Position numbers and translations under genes: made by a program. Below are positions 24,857 through 32,985 of a stretch of DNA of 36,763 nt, piece after piece (positions within the stretch are counted from its first letter, which is position 1; each line of letters opens with the position of its first letter). The DNA comes from Nitrospirota bacterium. GTDB lineage: Bacteria > JACPQY01. Under the pieces are notes generated by a model. That model searched no databases. It had not been told where the DNA came from and saw only the letters and a list, made by a program, of their open reading frames with translations. Location of the stretch: NCBI GenBank assembly GCA_016180645.1, contig JACPAV010000032.1:1-36763 (forward strand). The letters run 5' to 3'.

Positions 24857-27147
24857 TTCCATTCGCCCAGTCCCCTGCCGTTCACGACTTTGCTGCCTTT
24901 GAAGAAGTAGCTCCAACCGAGATTCTCCTGGCCTTTGAGGGGCGGACGAATTCGCACCGTGTGCACGGTCCCCGGCTCGTCCGCCGTGGGGAAGTACAGG
25001 AGCGTCGTATTCTCGTGGTCGTACACGGCGTATCCATCGGACAACCACACGTAATACCCATCGGGGTAATAAAGTTCATAGGGGATGAAGATTTCCGTGG
25101 GAGACGTCGTTTCCTTGCTCTCGAATTTCAGTTCGAACTCACCCTCCGCGTTGACCACGCCCTTGTCCGGGTCGAAATAGTGCAATCCGGAATTGAACCG
25201 CATCGAGACGGGCTTCCCGCTCAGGAACGTGGGATGGGGGCGGCTGTAGGCTTCCTGCGATCTCGGATTGAGGCTCGGATCCACCACGGAAAAATCCTCG
25301 CTGTTCCAGCCGTCGCCCCGCTCAAACGTATTCTCGGAGGACCAGCACCACTGGATGTGGTTGAGAAGCATCGACTCGAACGCCTCGTAGTAGTTGTCGA
25401 GGATTTCCTTCGCTACGGCATAGTCGGATTCCACGGACTTGTTGATGCCGCCGTAGTTGTAGTACGTGCCGAATTCGCCGACGACCACGGGAATGTTTCC
25501 AAGCGAATGGGACGCGCGGGAGATCACGCCCTCGATGAGAGGCCGGTAGTCGCGGAACCGCTGTTCCTCCGGCTTGAAATCCCGCGGCGCGGAATTGAAA
25601 CCGGGCAGAGGGTAAATATCCGGATACCAATGCGGCGCATAAACCACTTGGTTCAGTCCTTCCGGTCGCGTGGGATTGATTGTGAACAACCCTTCGCCGC
25701 TCCCGCCGCCAGTCAACATGCCGAGGACCGTTTCCAGTCCCATCGCCGGCTCGATCCAGATCACGGCGTTCGGATCTTCATCCTGAATGGCCTTGCCGAC
25801 CTTCTCGTAGAAAGGGGTCATGTGAGCCTGTTCGAACCCGAGGTTCAGGCCGATGACGCCGAGCATGTCGACAAATTCGTAACCCCACTTCCGGCGTGTC
25901 TCCGGAGACGTATCGGGAGGCAGCAGCCGGGCCCCGGAAAGGAGCTGTGTAAAATCCTCGGCCAGTTTGGCGTCCGAAAAGACCGATTCGAGGAACTTCT
26001 TCACGGCGTCGAGGCTGCCCACGTTCATATAGATGGCCCCCGCCGTGAGCACGATGAACGCGCCAATGGGTTCGTTGATGATGTCGTATCCGATTACGTT
26101 GGGATAGTCCTTCACCCGCCGGACCACCTCCACCCACGAGCGCGTGTAGGCGTTCTGAAGGTAGTCCTCGATATTCTCGCCGTTCACCATCAAGTTTGGA
26201 AAAGCCGCCTTTCCGGCGAGGAGCGCGGCAAAGCTCCGCTGAACATCCACCGAGAGGGCACCGTTCACCCCCCAATTGGTCCACGGCAGCATGTCCGGCG
26301 TCTCGTTCACCTCGAAGGGGTATTTGGGAAGCAGGGGAGTGATGAAACCGAGCAGGCCACCGATGTCGAGATCGAAACCGCCGAATTTCTTGATGATCGA
26401 ATTGGCGGAAGCCACGAAGGCCGGATCGCTCAAGTTGCCCAGCATGCGCGCCGTTCCCCACGCGGGAGAATCCATGTCCTTCTCAGGCAGGATGGCCTTG
26501 ACGGCCCATCGGGGGGCGCCGTCGCCGCGAGTCGCGTTGTTGTACGGCGGCAGGAAGGCCACCGCCGTGGTGAGGAGGTCGGGGGGAATTCCCGGTGGGA
26601 GGAAGAAGGATAGACCCTTCACGAGGTCTTTCGCAGAGTCGATATCATTGTAGTAGGAGATGAGGTGGCGGCTGAAAATATCCTGGTGCATGTCCATCAG
26701 CACGTAGATGCGGTACTCGTTGGCCTTCTCCACGATTTTCGCCAGATAGTCGAGGTACCTTTCATCCACGGAATCCGCCGACACGGGCTGGATGCCTTCC
26801 CAATTCACGAGAAGGCGGATCGAGTTGAAACCGAGTTTGCGCATGAGCGCGAAATTCTTGTCCGCTTGATCGAGGGGGAAAGGTTTGTCCTCATAGGTCG
26901 GCATCTCGCTCAAAGGTTTCGTGCATTTCACGCCTGTCCTCACGAAGCACGGGTCGTCGTTGGACGGAAATTTCGTGCTCCCGCTCAGGTTGACGCCGTG
27001 CAGATAAACGTACCGTCCGTTCTCATCTTTGATGTAGTTCAAGTCCGTGTGAACCCGCGGCATCGGCCGGCTCTCGAAGACCGGTTTCTTCGAGCAGGAG
27101 AAGGACAGGATGACGATCGCGGCCAGCCAAAGATTCTTCCGAAGCAC
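24853..27147 (-). CDS. GH5 endoglycoceramidase-like lipoprotein with large insertions
   Basis: Lipobox SFSC; DENGRYVYLHGVN, GFNSIRL..WEG, DMHQD, DGAP.W, GYDIINEP, APHWY, VGEFG, C-terminal beta domain. Confidence 0.88.
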   Translation of the reverse strand: MLRKNLWLAAIVILSFSCSKKPVFESRPMPRVHTDLNYIKDENGRYVYLHGVNLSGSTKFPSNDDPCFVRTGVKCTKPLSEMPTYEDKPFPLDQADKNFALMRKLGFNSIRLLVNWEGIQPVSADSVDERYLDYLAKIVEKANEYRIYVLMDMHQDIFSRHLISYYNDIDSAKDLVKGLSFFLPPGIPPDLLTTAVAFLPPYNNATRGDGAPRWAVKAILPEKDMDSPAWGTARMLGNLSDPAFVASANSIIKKFGGFDLDIGGLLGFITPLLPKYPFEVNETPDMLPWTNWGVNGALSVDVQRSFAALLAGKAAFPNLMVNGENIEDYLQNAYTRSWVEVVRRVKDYPNVIGYDIINEPIGAFIVLTAGAIYMNVGSLDAVKKFLESVFSDAKLAEDFTQLLSGARLLPPDTSPETRRKWGYEFVDMLGVIGLNLGFEQAHMTPFYEKVGKAIQDEDPNAVIWIEPAMGLETVLGMLTGGGSGEGLFTINPTRPEGLNQVVYAPHWYPDIYPLPGFNSAPRDFKPEEQRFRDYRPLIEGVISRASHSLGNIPVVVGEFGTYYNYGGINKSVESDYAVAKEILDNYYEAFESMLLNHIQWCWSSENTFERGDGWNSEDFSVVDPSLNPRSQEAYSRPHPTFLSGKPVSMRFNSGLHYFDPDKGVVNAEGEFELKFESKETTSPTEIFIPYELYYPDGYYVWLSDGYAVYDHENTTLLYFPTADEPGTVHTVRIRPPLKGQENLGWSYFFKGSKVVNGRGLGEWK

Positions 27148-27153
27148 GGGCGG

Positions 27154-27181
27154 ATTATACGGTGGTTGAGCGATGAGTCAA
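27154..27181 (-). promoter_or_regulatory. sigma70 promoter of the GH5-barrel operon
   Basis: TTGACT, 16 nt, TATAAT, 6 nt, then GTG 27147. Confidence 0.65.
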
Positions 27182-28579
27182 AGCTTTTCGACCGGTTCCC
27201 CCTGGGGATTCGCCCGGGCTCCCCATACGGATCGTGGACGCATCACCTTCCGAAGCCTCGTCCATGCCAACGATCCGCTGATTCTCATCGAACTGAGGAC
27301 GACAGGCGACGAGTCCGGAGCGGAGCTCTCATTCCGCCCACAACAGGGCATCAGTCCCCGAATCGCCTGGGCGGAGAGGACGGTCGAGCCGTCCAATCTG
27401 CCGCCCCCGCCGACGTATTGGAAGCCGGGCGTGGAGGTTTTCCACCTCGAACGCTACTCCACCCATGACCTGGGCGGCGGAATTCGATTGCCGTTCGTCC
27501 ACGAGCTGGGCAATCTGACGTGGGCCCTTCACAACTGCTGGCGGCAATATCGCTATTCGATGGATGACGATATGCTGCGCGACCGGTTCTTCCCCCTGCT
27601 GCGCGGCAGTATCAATCTCTTTTTGCACATGCTCGAAGAAGGCCCGGACGGGAAACTTCACCTGCCACCGACGCATTCACCGGAATTCAATGACCCGGCG
27701 ATGGTCCCGGATGCAAACTATGCGCTCGGCCTGCTGCGCTGGGGGTTGTGGACGCTTCTGCAAACCACCTCGCTGCTCCGAATCGACGACGAACTTCAAC
27801 CCCGCTGGGAATCGACGCTGGAACGATTGACCGACTTCCCCCAGGATGAACACGGCTTGATGATCGGCCACGGGCAGCCCTTGGATAAAGGACACCGCCA
27901 TTTTTCACATCTGATATCGATCTTTCCGCTCCATCTGCTCAGGCCGGATGATCCGCGGGACCGTCCTCTGATCGAACGCTCCTTCCAGCACTGGCTCGAC
28001 CTGGGCGCGGGGACGCCGAATTTCAATGGCTACAGCTACACCGCCGCCTCATCCATACACAGTTCACTCGGCCACGGGGACGCGGCTCTTGAAATGCTAA
28101 GCGCGGCTCTGAAAATGTTCAGCCCGACCACGATGTATGTGGAATCGGCGCCCGTGATCGAAACGCCCCTTAGTGCAGCCGAATCGATTCACGACATGCT
28201 CCTCCAAAGCCACAACGGGATACTGCGTGTACTCCCCGCCGTCCCACGCGCCTGGCCGGACGTCGCGTTTCACGATCTGCTCGCCGAGGGCGCCTTCCTC
28301 GTCAGCGCAACAAGGAGAGAGGGCCGCACGCGCATGGTGCGGATTCGGAGCCTTGCCGGAGGGATCTGCCGTTTGAAGACCGATCTTCCCCGACCGCTCC
28401 ACCCCCTTGGACCGCCGGCCCTCTCCATTAGGGAAGAGGACGACGGGATTGTGGAATTGGACCTGAGGAAAGGAGAGGAGATCGTGCTATTCTCGGACCC
28501 GGATGTTCCTGAACTCGAGATCCAGCCGGTGGCGCCGCTTCGTTCGGACGACCGCTTCAACCCCTTCGGAGTGAAATAG
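27173..28579 (+). CDS. GH95-like (alpha-L-fucosidase family) protein, apparently truncated
   Basis: GNLTWALHN.W..YRY, HLPPTHSPE, HRHFSHL...FP, IETP, DMLLQSH...LPAVP..W, AEGAFLVSA; at 468 aa it is short for GH95. Confidence 0.75.
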   Translation: MSQSFSTGSPWGFARAPHTDRGRITFRSLVHANDPLILIELRTTGDESGAELSFRPQQGISPRIAWAERTVEPSNLPPPPTYWKPGVEVFHLERYSTHDLGGGIRLPFVHELGNLTWALHNCWRQYRYSMDDDMLRDRFFPLLRGSINLFLHMLEEGPDGKLHLPPTHSPEFNDPAMVPDANYALGLLRWGLWTLLQTTSLLRIDDELQPRWESTLERLTDFPQDEHGLMIGHGQPLDKGHRHFSHLISIFPLHLLRPDDPRDRPLIERSFQHWLDLGAGTPNFNGYSYTAASSIHSSLGHGDAALEMLSAALKMFSPTTMYVESAPVIETPLSAAESIHDMLLQSHNGILRVLPAVPRAWPDVAFHDLLAEGAFLVSATRREGRTRMVRIRSLAGGICRLKTDLPRPLHPLGPPALSIREEDDGIVELDLRKGEEIVLFSDPDVPELEIQPVAPLRSDDRFNPFGVK

Positions 28580-28593
28580 AAGGGACCGCACTC

Positions 28594-30051
28594 ATGATAG
28601 CGGAATGGAAGACACCCTTCTCGAACGGCATCGGGCCGCTGCTGGCGGCCGGGCTCGTCGCCGGAATGGTCTCCTGCTCGGACGGCGAGCGTCGAGCAGG
28701 AGACGCTGCTCGTCCGTCCGCGGAAGACCATTCCTGGCGATTCATTAGAGACGACGAGGGACGCGCCCTCATCCTGCACGGAACCAACATCTCCAATTCC
28801 AGCAAGGTCGACCGGCACCCCAGGGTGACGCAGGAGGCCGTGATGAGGCTCTCACGGGATTGGGGATTTAATTTTGTCCGGTATTTGATTTTCTGGGCCA
28901 AGATCGAACCGGAGGCCGGCGTCTACGATGATCTTTTTCTGGATGAGGTCGGGGAACGTCTGGACTGGTTCGCCGAAGCCGGGATCCAAGTGGTGCTCGA
29001 TATGCACCAAGACCTCTGGGGGCCCTCTCTCAACCGCTGTTTCCCGGAGGAGATTTACAACGGCGCCCCCTCTTGGGCGACGATCATCGACAGCCGGCCG
29101 TACGAATCCCATTGCAGCGTGAACTGGGGCCTGGACTACTTCTCGCCGGATATCTCCCGTGCCTTCGACAATTTCTGGGATTACGAGAAGCATCCCGAGT
29201 TGCAGGATCAATACGCCGCCATGTGGGTGCACGTAGTTCAACGGCTCAAGGATCATCCCGCCGTCCTCGGCTATGATCTTATGAACGAACCCTGGCACGG
29301 AACGGACTTCGGCCGGGAGAGGGAATTCGACGAAACCAAAATGCATGGATTCATCCAACGGATGATCATGGCCATCCGCGCCGCCGACAATGATTCATGG
29401 ATCTTCCTCGAACCCCGGGCGGGCATGATCAATCAGGGCCGGGCTTCCTACCTCCCGCCCTTTGTGGATCCGCGATCGGGGCCGCCACACCTCGTCTATT
29501 TCCCGCACATGTACCTCGTTTCGGTTGACTCCGGCGCGTATCGCTCCGGTGTTTCAGACTTCGCGGATTGGTTCGACAACCGGCGGGCCGAGGTCGAAAT
29601 CCTGAGAACTCCCCTGGCCGTGGGCGAGTGGAGTCCCAACGGCAATCCGGTATTCCTGCACGACCTCCTCAAGGGTTTGGATGACATGACGTCCGGTTGG
29701 GCCCAGTACCAATACGAAGGCGTCTTCGGGTCCGAAAACGACGGCATGCGCCGCGTGTATCCTCAACGTGTGGCCGGCACTCCCCATTCCTGGTATTACG
29801 ATCCATCCAGCCGCGAGTTCTCTCTGAGATTCGACGGCGATCGTGATATTTCCGCGCCGACCGTGATCTATGTGCCCGCGAAGGTTCATTTCCCGGAGGG
29901 TTGGGAGCTCCGAGTCGACGGCATCGATCCCTCCCGCTATCGGTTCGAATGGGACGAGCCAACCGAGACGCTTTCCCTGCGGTTCCTGGCCGGCGCGCCA
30001 CGGGAGCGAATCGTGCGGATAGGGCCGAAGGCCGGCGATGTGAAGAATTGA
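28594..30051 (+). CDS. GH5 endoglycoceramidase-like lipoprotein
   Basis: Lipobox MVSC; IRDDEGRALILHGTN, GFNFVR, DMHQD, GAPSW, GYDLMNEP, FPHMY, VGEW, RVYPQRVAGTP. Confidence 0.9.
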   Translation: MIAEWKTPFSNGIGPLLAAGLVAGMVSCSDGERRAGDAARPSAEDHSWRFIRDDEGRALILHGTNISNSSKVDRHPRVTQEAVMRLSRDWGFNFVRYLIFWAKIEPEAGVYDDLFLDEVGERLDWFAEAGIQVVLDMHQDLWGPSLNRCFPEEIYNGAPSWATIIDSRPYESHCSVNWGLDYFSPDISRAFDNFWDYEKHPELQDQYAAMWVHVVQRLKDHPAVLGYDLMNEPWHGTDFGREREFDETKMHGFIQRMIMAIRAADNDSWIFLEPRAGMINQGRASYLPPFVDPRSGPPHLVYFPHMYLVSVDSGAYRSGVSDFADWFDNRRAEVEILRTPLAVGEWSPNGNPVFLHDLLKGLDDMTSGWAQYQYEGVFGSENDGMRRVYPQRVAGTPHSWYYDPSSREFSLRFDGDRDISAPTVIYVPAKVHFPEGWELRVDGIDPSRYRFEWDEPTETLSLRFLAGAPRERIVRIGPKAGDVKN

Positions 30052-30063
30052 ATCCCAAGATCA

Positions 30064-30999
30064 ATGATCATTGATGTTCGCCGTGACAAGATGAGAAAAG
30101 GCCCTGCCCTCGGATACGAACCTTCCCACGCGGTCGGAAAAGCGCATGCCACCAAGGTCGATGGAAATTCAATCGCGTGGGCCGAAACGGGGCGAGGGAA
30201 ACCCCTCCTGTTGATCCATGGGGTGATGGATTCGCATCGTACCTGGCGCCGGCTTGCCCCGCTGCTCGCGAGGCGCTTCCGGGTTCTCATGCCGGATCTT
30301 CCCGGACACGGGTATTCCGGCCGTCCCGATGCACCCTACACACTGGCCTGGTACTCCAAAACCCTCAGCGCCTGGATGGAGGCGATTGGAGTCCGCCGCG
30401 CCCACGTTTGCGGACACTCCTTTGGAGGCGGAATCGCCCAGTGGATGCTCCTGGAGGACAGGAGGAGAGTGGATCGGCTGGCTTTGGTATCGTCCGGGGG
30501 CCTCGGACGAGAAGTCAGTTTCGGATTGCGCGTATCAAGCTTCCCCGGACTCGGTCCGCTATTGACGCCCCTCGTCTTGCGCCTGGGTTTGCCTCTCGCC
30601 CAGCGGATCACTCCGGGCGCTTTCGGCCATAACGAGCCTGATGAGATCGAACGACTCGTGAGGATGTGCCGCATTCCAGGCAGCGACCGGGCGTTCAATC
30701 GAACCGTCACGGGCGTCATCAACATCCTCGGACAACACGTCCAGTCCTTCTCGCGCGCAGGGGAGATCAAATCGCTCCCGCCCATGGCCTTGTTTTGGGG
30801 CGACAAGGACCCGATCTTGCCGATCTCCCACGCCCACGCCGCCTGCCGTCGATTGGAGCATTCCACCCTTTCGGTCTACCCCGGCGTCGGCCACTACCCT
30901 CATCTGGATGAACCCAACCGATTGGCGGCGGAACTGGGCACGTTCTTGACGGATCCGAAACGCCGGTGCGCACGCCTGAGGATGGGCGATTTCCGTTGA
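30064..30999 (+). CDS. alpha/beta-fold hydrolase
   Basis: LLIHG, DLPGHG.S, GHSFGG, WGDKD, GHYPH; the start may be ATG 30091. Confidence 0.92.
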   Translation: MIIDVRRDKMRKGPALGYEPSHAVGKAHATKVDGNSIAWAETGRGKPLLLIHGVMDSHRTWRRLAPLLARRFRVLMPDLPGHGYSGRPDAPYTLAWYSKTLSAWMEAIGVRRAHVCGHSFGGGIAQWMLLEDRRRVDRLALVSSGGLGREVSFGLRVSSFPGLGPLLTPLVLRLGLPLAQRITPGAFGHNEPDEIERLVRMCRIPGSDRAFNRTVTGVINILGQHVQSFSRAGEIKSLPPMALFWGDKDPILPISHAHAACRRLEHSTLSVYPGVGHYPHLDEPNRLAAELGTFLTDPKRRCARLRMGDFR

Positions 31000-31023
31000 A
31001 ACCCGTCCCATTTCCAATAGAAT
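30996..31023 (+). promoter_or_regulatory. sigma70 promoter of the SSS symporter
   Basis: TTGAAA, 16 nt, TAGAAT, 7 nt, then GTG 31031. Confidence 0.55.
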
Positions 31024-31030
31024 CCGCAAC

Positions 31031-32683
31031 GTGACCACGATTCATTTGGCCTGGGTCGATTGGCTCGTCATTGCCATCTACTTCGCGTTCATCATCGCCA
31101 TCGGGTTCTACCTCAAGCGATTTACGAAAACGGGGGACGACTTCTTCCTCGCCGGGCGAAAGAACAGCGCATGGGTCGCGGGACTCGCCTTCCTTTCGGC
31201 CAACCTCGGCGCGCTCGAAATCCTCGGATGGACCGGCGCCACGGTGAAGTACGGCATGTTCGTGGCCCACTTCTACTGGATCGGCGCGGTCCCCGCGATG
31301 CTTTTCCTCGGCCTCTATATGATGCCGTTTTACTACAGCAGCAAGATCCACTCGATCCCCGGATACCTCAAACTGAGATTCGACGAGAAAACGCGGGTCC
31401 TGAACGCACTGTCCTTCGCCGTGATGACGGTCCTCATGAGCGGGATCAACATGTATCTCATGGCGCTCGTCTTTCAGATTTTCCTCGGATGGAACTTCGA
31501 CGCCTGTCTGTGGATCTCCGCCATTACCGTGGCCTGTTACATCACGATGGGGGGGCTGCTCTCCGCGATTTTCACCGAGACGATCCAATTCTTCCTCATC
31601 TGGTTCGGGCTGTTTCTGGTCGCCATCCTCGGCATCGTGGAAACTCGCGGCGAACTGCTGACCACCGTGCCCGAGGCCATGCGCTCGCTGTGGGCCACCT
31701 CCGCCGATCCTTCGATGAATCCCATGGGGGTGACCTGGCTCGGCATCGCCGTCGGCCTTGGATTCGTCCTCTCGTTCGGCTACTGGACGACCGACTTTCT
31801 CATCGTCCAGCGGGCTTTTTCCGCGAAGGACCTCCGAACCGCGCAGATGTGCCCCGTGATAGCGTCCTTCTTCAAGATGGCGCTCCCGATGATCGTCGTC
31901 GGGGCCGGGCTGGTCGCCTGGAAACTGGGGCAATCGGGACAACTCACGCTCTTGACCAATGCCGCCGGCGATCCCAATTACGACTCCGCCCTGCCCCTGC
32001 TCCTTGCGCGATACTATCCGCACGGCCTGATGGGCCTCGGCATCACGGCGCTCATGGCCGGATTCATGGCGGGCCAGGCCGGCAACATCAGCGCCCTTAA
32101 CACGGTATGGACGTACGACATTTACCGGGCCGTGCTCAATCGCAACGCCTCGGACCAGCATCTCCTGTGGATGGGGCGCGTGGCCACGCTCGTGGGAATC
32201 GTGCTCAGCATCGGGGCGGCCTACTGGGCACGACAGTTTCCGACGATCATGGACTACATCCAGGCGATCTTTTCGTGGGTGAACGCTCCGCTCTTCGCCA
32301 CGATGCTCCTCGGAATGTTCTGGAAGCGGACCACCTCCGCGGGAGCGTTCTACGGATTGCTGGCAGGGATGGGGGCTTCGTTCCTCATGTTTCTCGGTCT
32401 CAAGTTCGGCTGGTTCTCGGGCCAATGGCTGACCTTTTCCACGCACGCGAGCGATATGAGCAATAATCTTTGGAGGGCGTTCTGGGCGTGGATCATCTGT
32501 TTCACGGCCACCATCGCCATCAGCGCCGTCACGAAACCAAAGCCGGACGCCGAATTGGAAGGGCTCGTGAAGGCCCTGACGAAAACCGTCCGCGTAGGGG
32601 AGACGCCGCTTCTTTCCCGGCCCGGATTCTGGGCCGTTATTTCATGCGTGATCCTCGTCGTACTGAACGTGTGGTTCTGGTGA
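31031..32683 (+). CDS. sodium:solute symporter (SSS), sugar/inositol-type
   Basis: DFFLAGR, SANLGA.E, YL..RF, GGL, YWTTDFLIVQR, many TM helices. Confidence 0.93.
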   Translation: MTTIHLAWVDWLVIAIYFAFIIAIGFYLKRFTKTGDDFFLAGRKNSAWVAGLAFLSANLGALEILGWTGATVKYGMFVAHFYWIGAVPAMLFLGLYMMPFYYSSKIHSIPGYLKLRFDEKTRVLNALSFAVMTVLMSGINMYLMALVFQIFLGWNFDACLWISAITVACYITMGGLLSAIFTETIQFFLIWFGLFLVAILGIVETRGELLTTVPEAMRSLWATSADPSMNPMGVTWLGIAVGLGFVLSFGYWTTDFLIVQRAFSAKDLRTAQMCPVIASFFKMALPMIVVGAGLVAWKLGQSGQLTLLTNAAGDPNYDSALPLLLARYYPHGLMGLGITALMAGFMAGQAGNISALNTVWTYDIYRAVLNRNASDQHLLWMGRVATLVGIVLSIGAAYWARQFPTIMDYIQAIFSWVNAPLFATMLLGMFWKRTTSAGAFYGLLAGMGASFLMFLGLKFGWFSGQWLTFSTHASDMSNNLWRAFWAWIICFTATIAISAVTKPKPDAELEGLVKALTKTVRVGETPLLSRPGFWAVISCVILVVLNVWFW

Positions 32684-32687
32684 GGCT

Positions 32688-32903
32688 ATGACCGAAGAAA
32701 AAGCCATGCTGTCGGTGTGGGCGTGGGTGGGGATCATCCTGCTCGTGTACGGCGCGATCGTAACCGGCTCGGGCGTCTACTATGCAATCGGCTCCCCGGC
32801 CCCCACGGTACTGGGTGAACTCAACCCCGCCGCCTGGTGGGGCTGTATCATGCTCATCGCCGGCGCCGCCCTCTGGTTCCTCGGCCGAAGACCGGCCTCC
32901 TAA
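32688..32903 (+). CDS. small two-TM membrane protein, probable SSS partner
   Basis: GAGG RBS, starts 4 nt after the SSS stop, two hydrophobic helices. Confidence 0.8.
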   Translation: MTEEKAMLSVWAWVGIILLVYGAIVTGSGVYYAIGSPAPTVLGELNPAAWWGCIMLIAGAALWFLGRRPAS

Positions 32904-32904
32904 A

Positions 32905-32973
32905 GACGCACCCTGAAGGGTGCGCCTACCAAGACCTACCCCGATCCGGTAGGCGCAGGCTTCAGCCTGCGTC
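32905..32973. repeat. REP doublet (REPIN-like, GTAG family) between convergent genes
   Basis: - copy GGTAGGCGCACCCTTCAGGGTGCGTC (32930-32905); + copy GGTAGGCGCAGGCTTCAGCCTGCGTC (32948-32973). Confidence 0.85.
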
Positions 32974-32985
32974 CGAACACGCGGC

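Noticed and set aside
24863-25048. N-terminal extension of the 524-aa barrel ORF
   Set aside because: Overlaps the GH5 3' end; the signal peptide begins at 24856/24862.
30767-32446. 559-aa minus-strand ORF
   Set aside because: Antisense to the SSS symporter; no domain signal.
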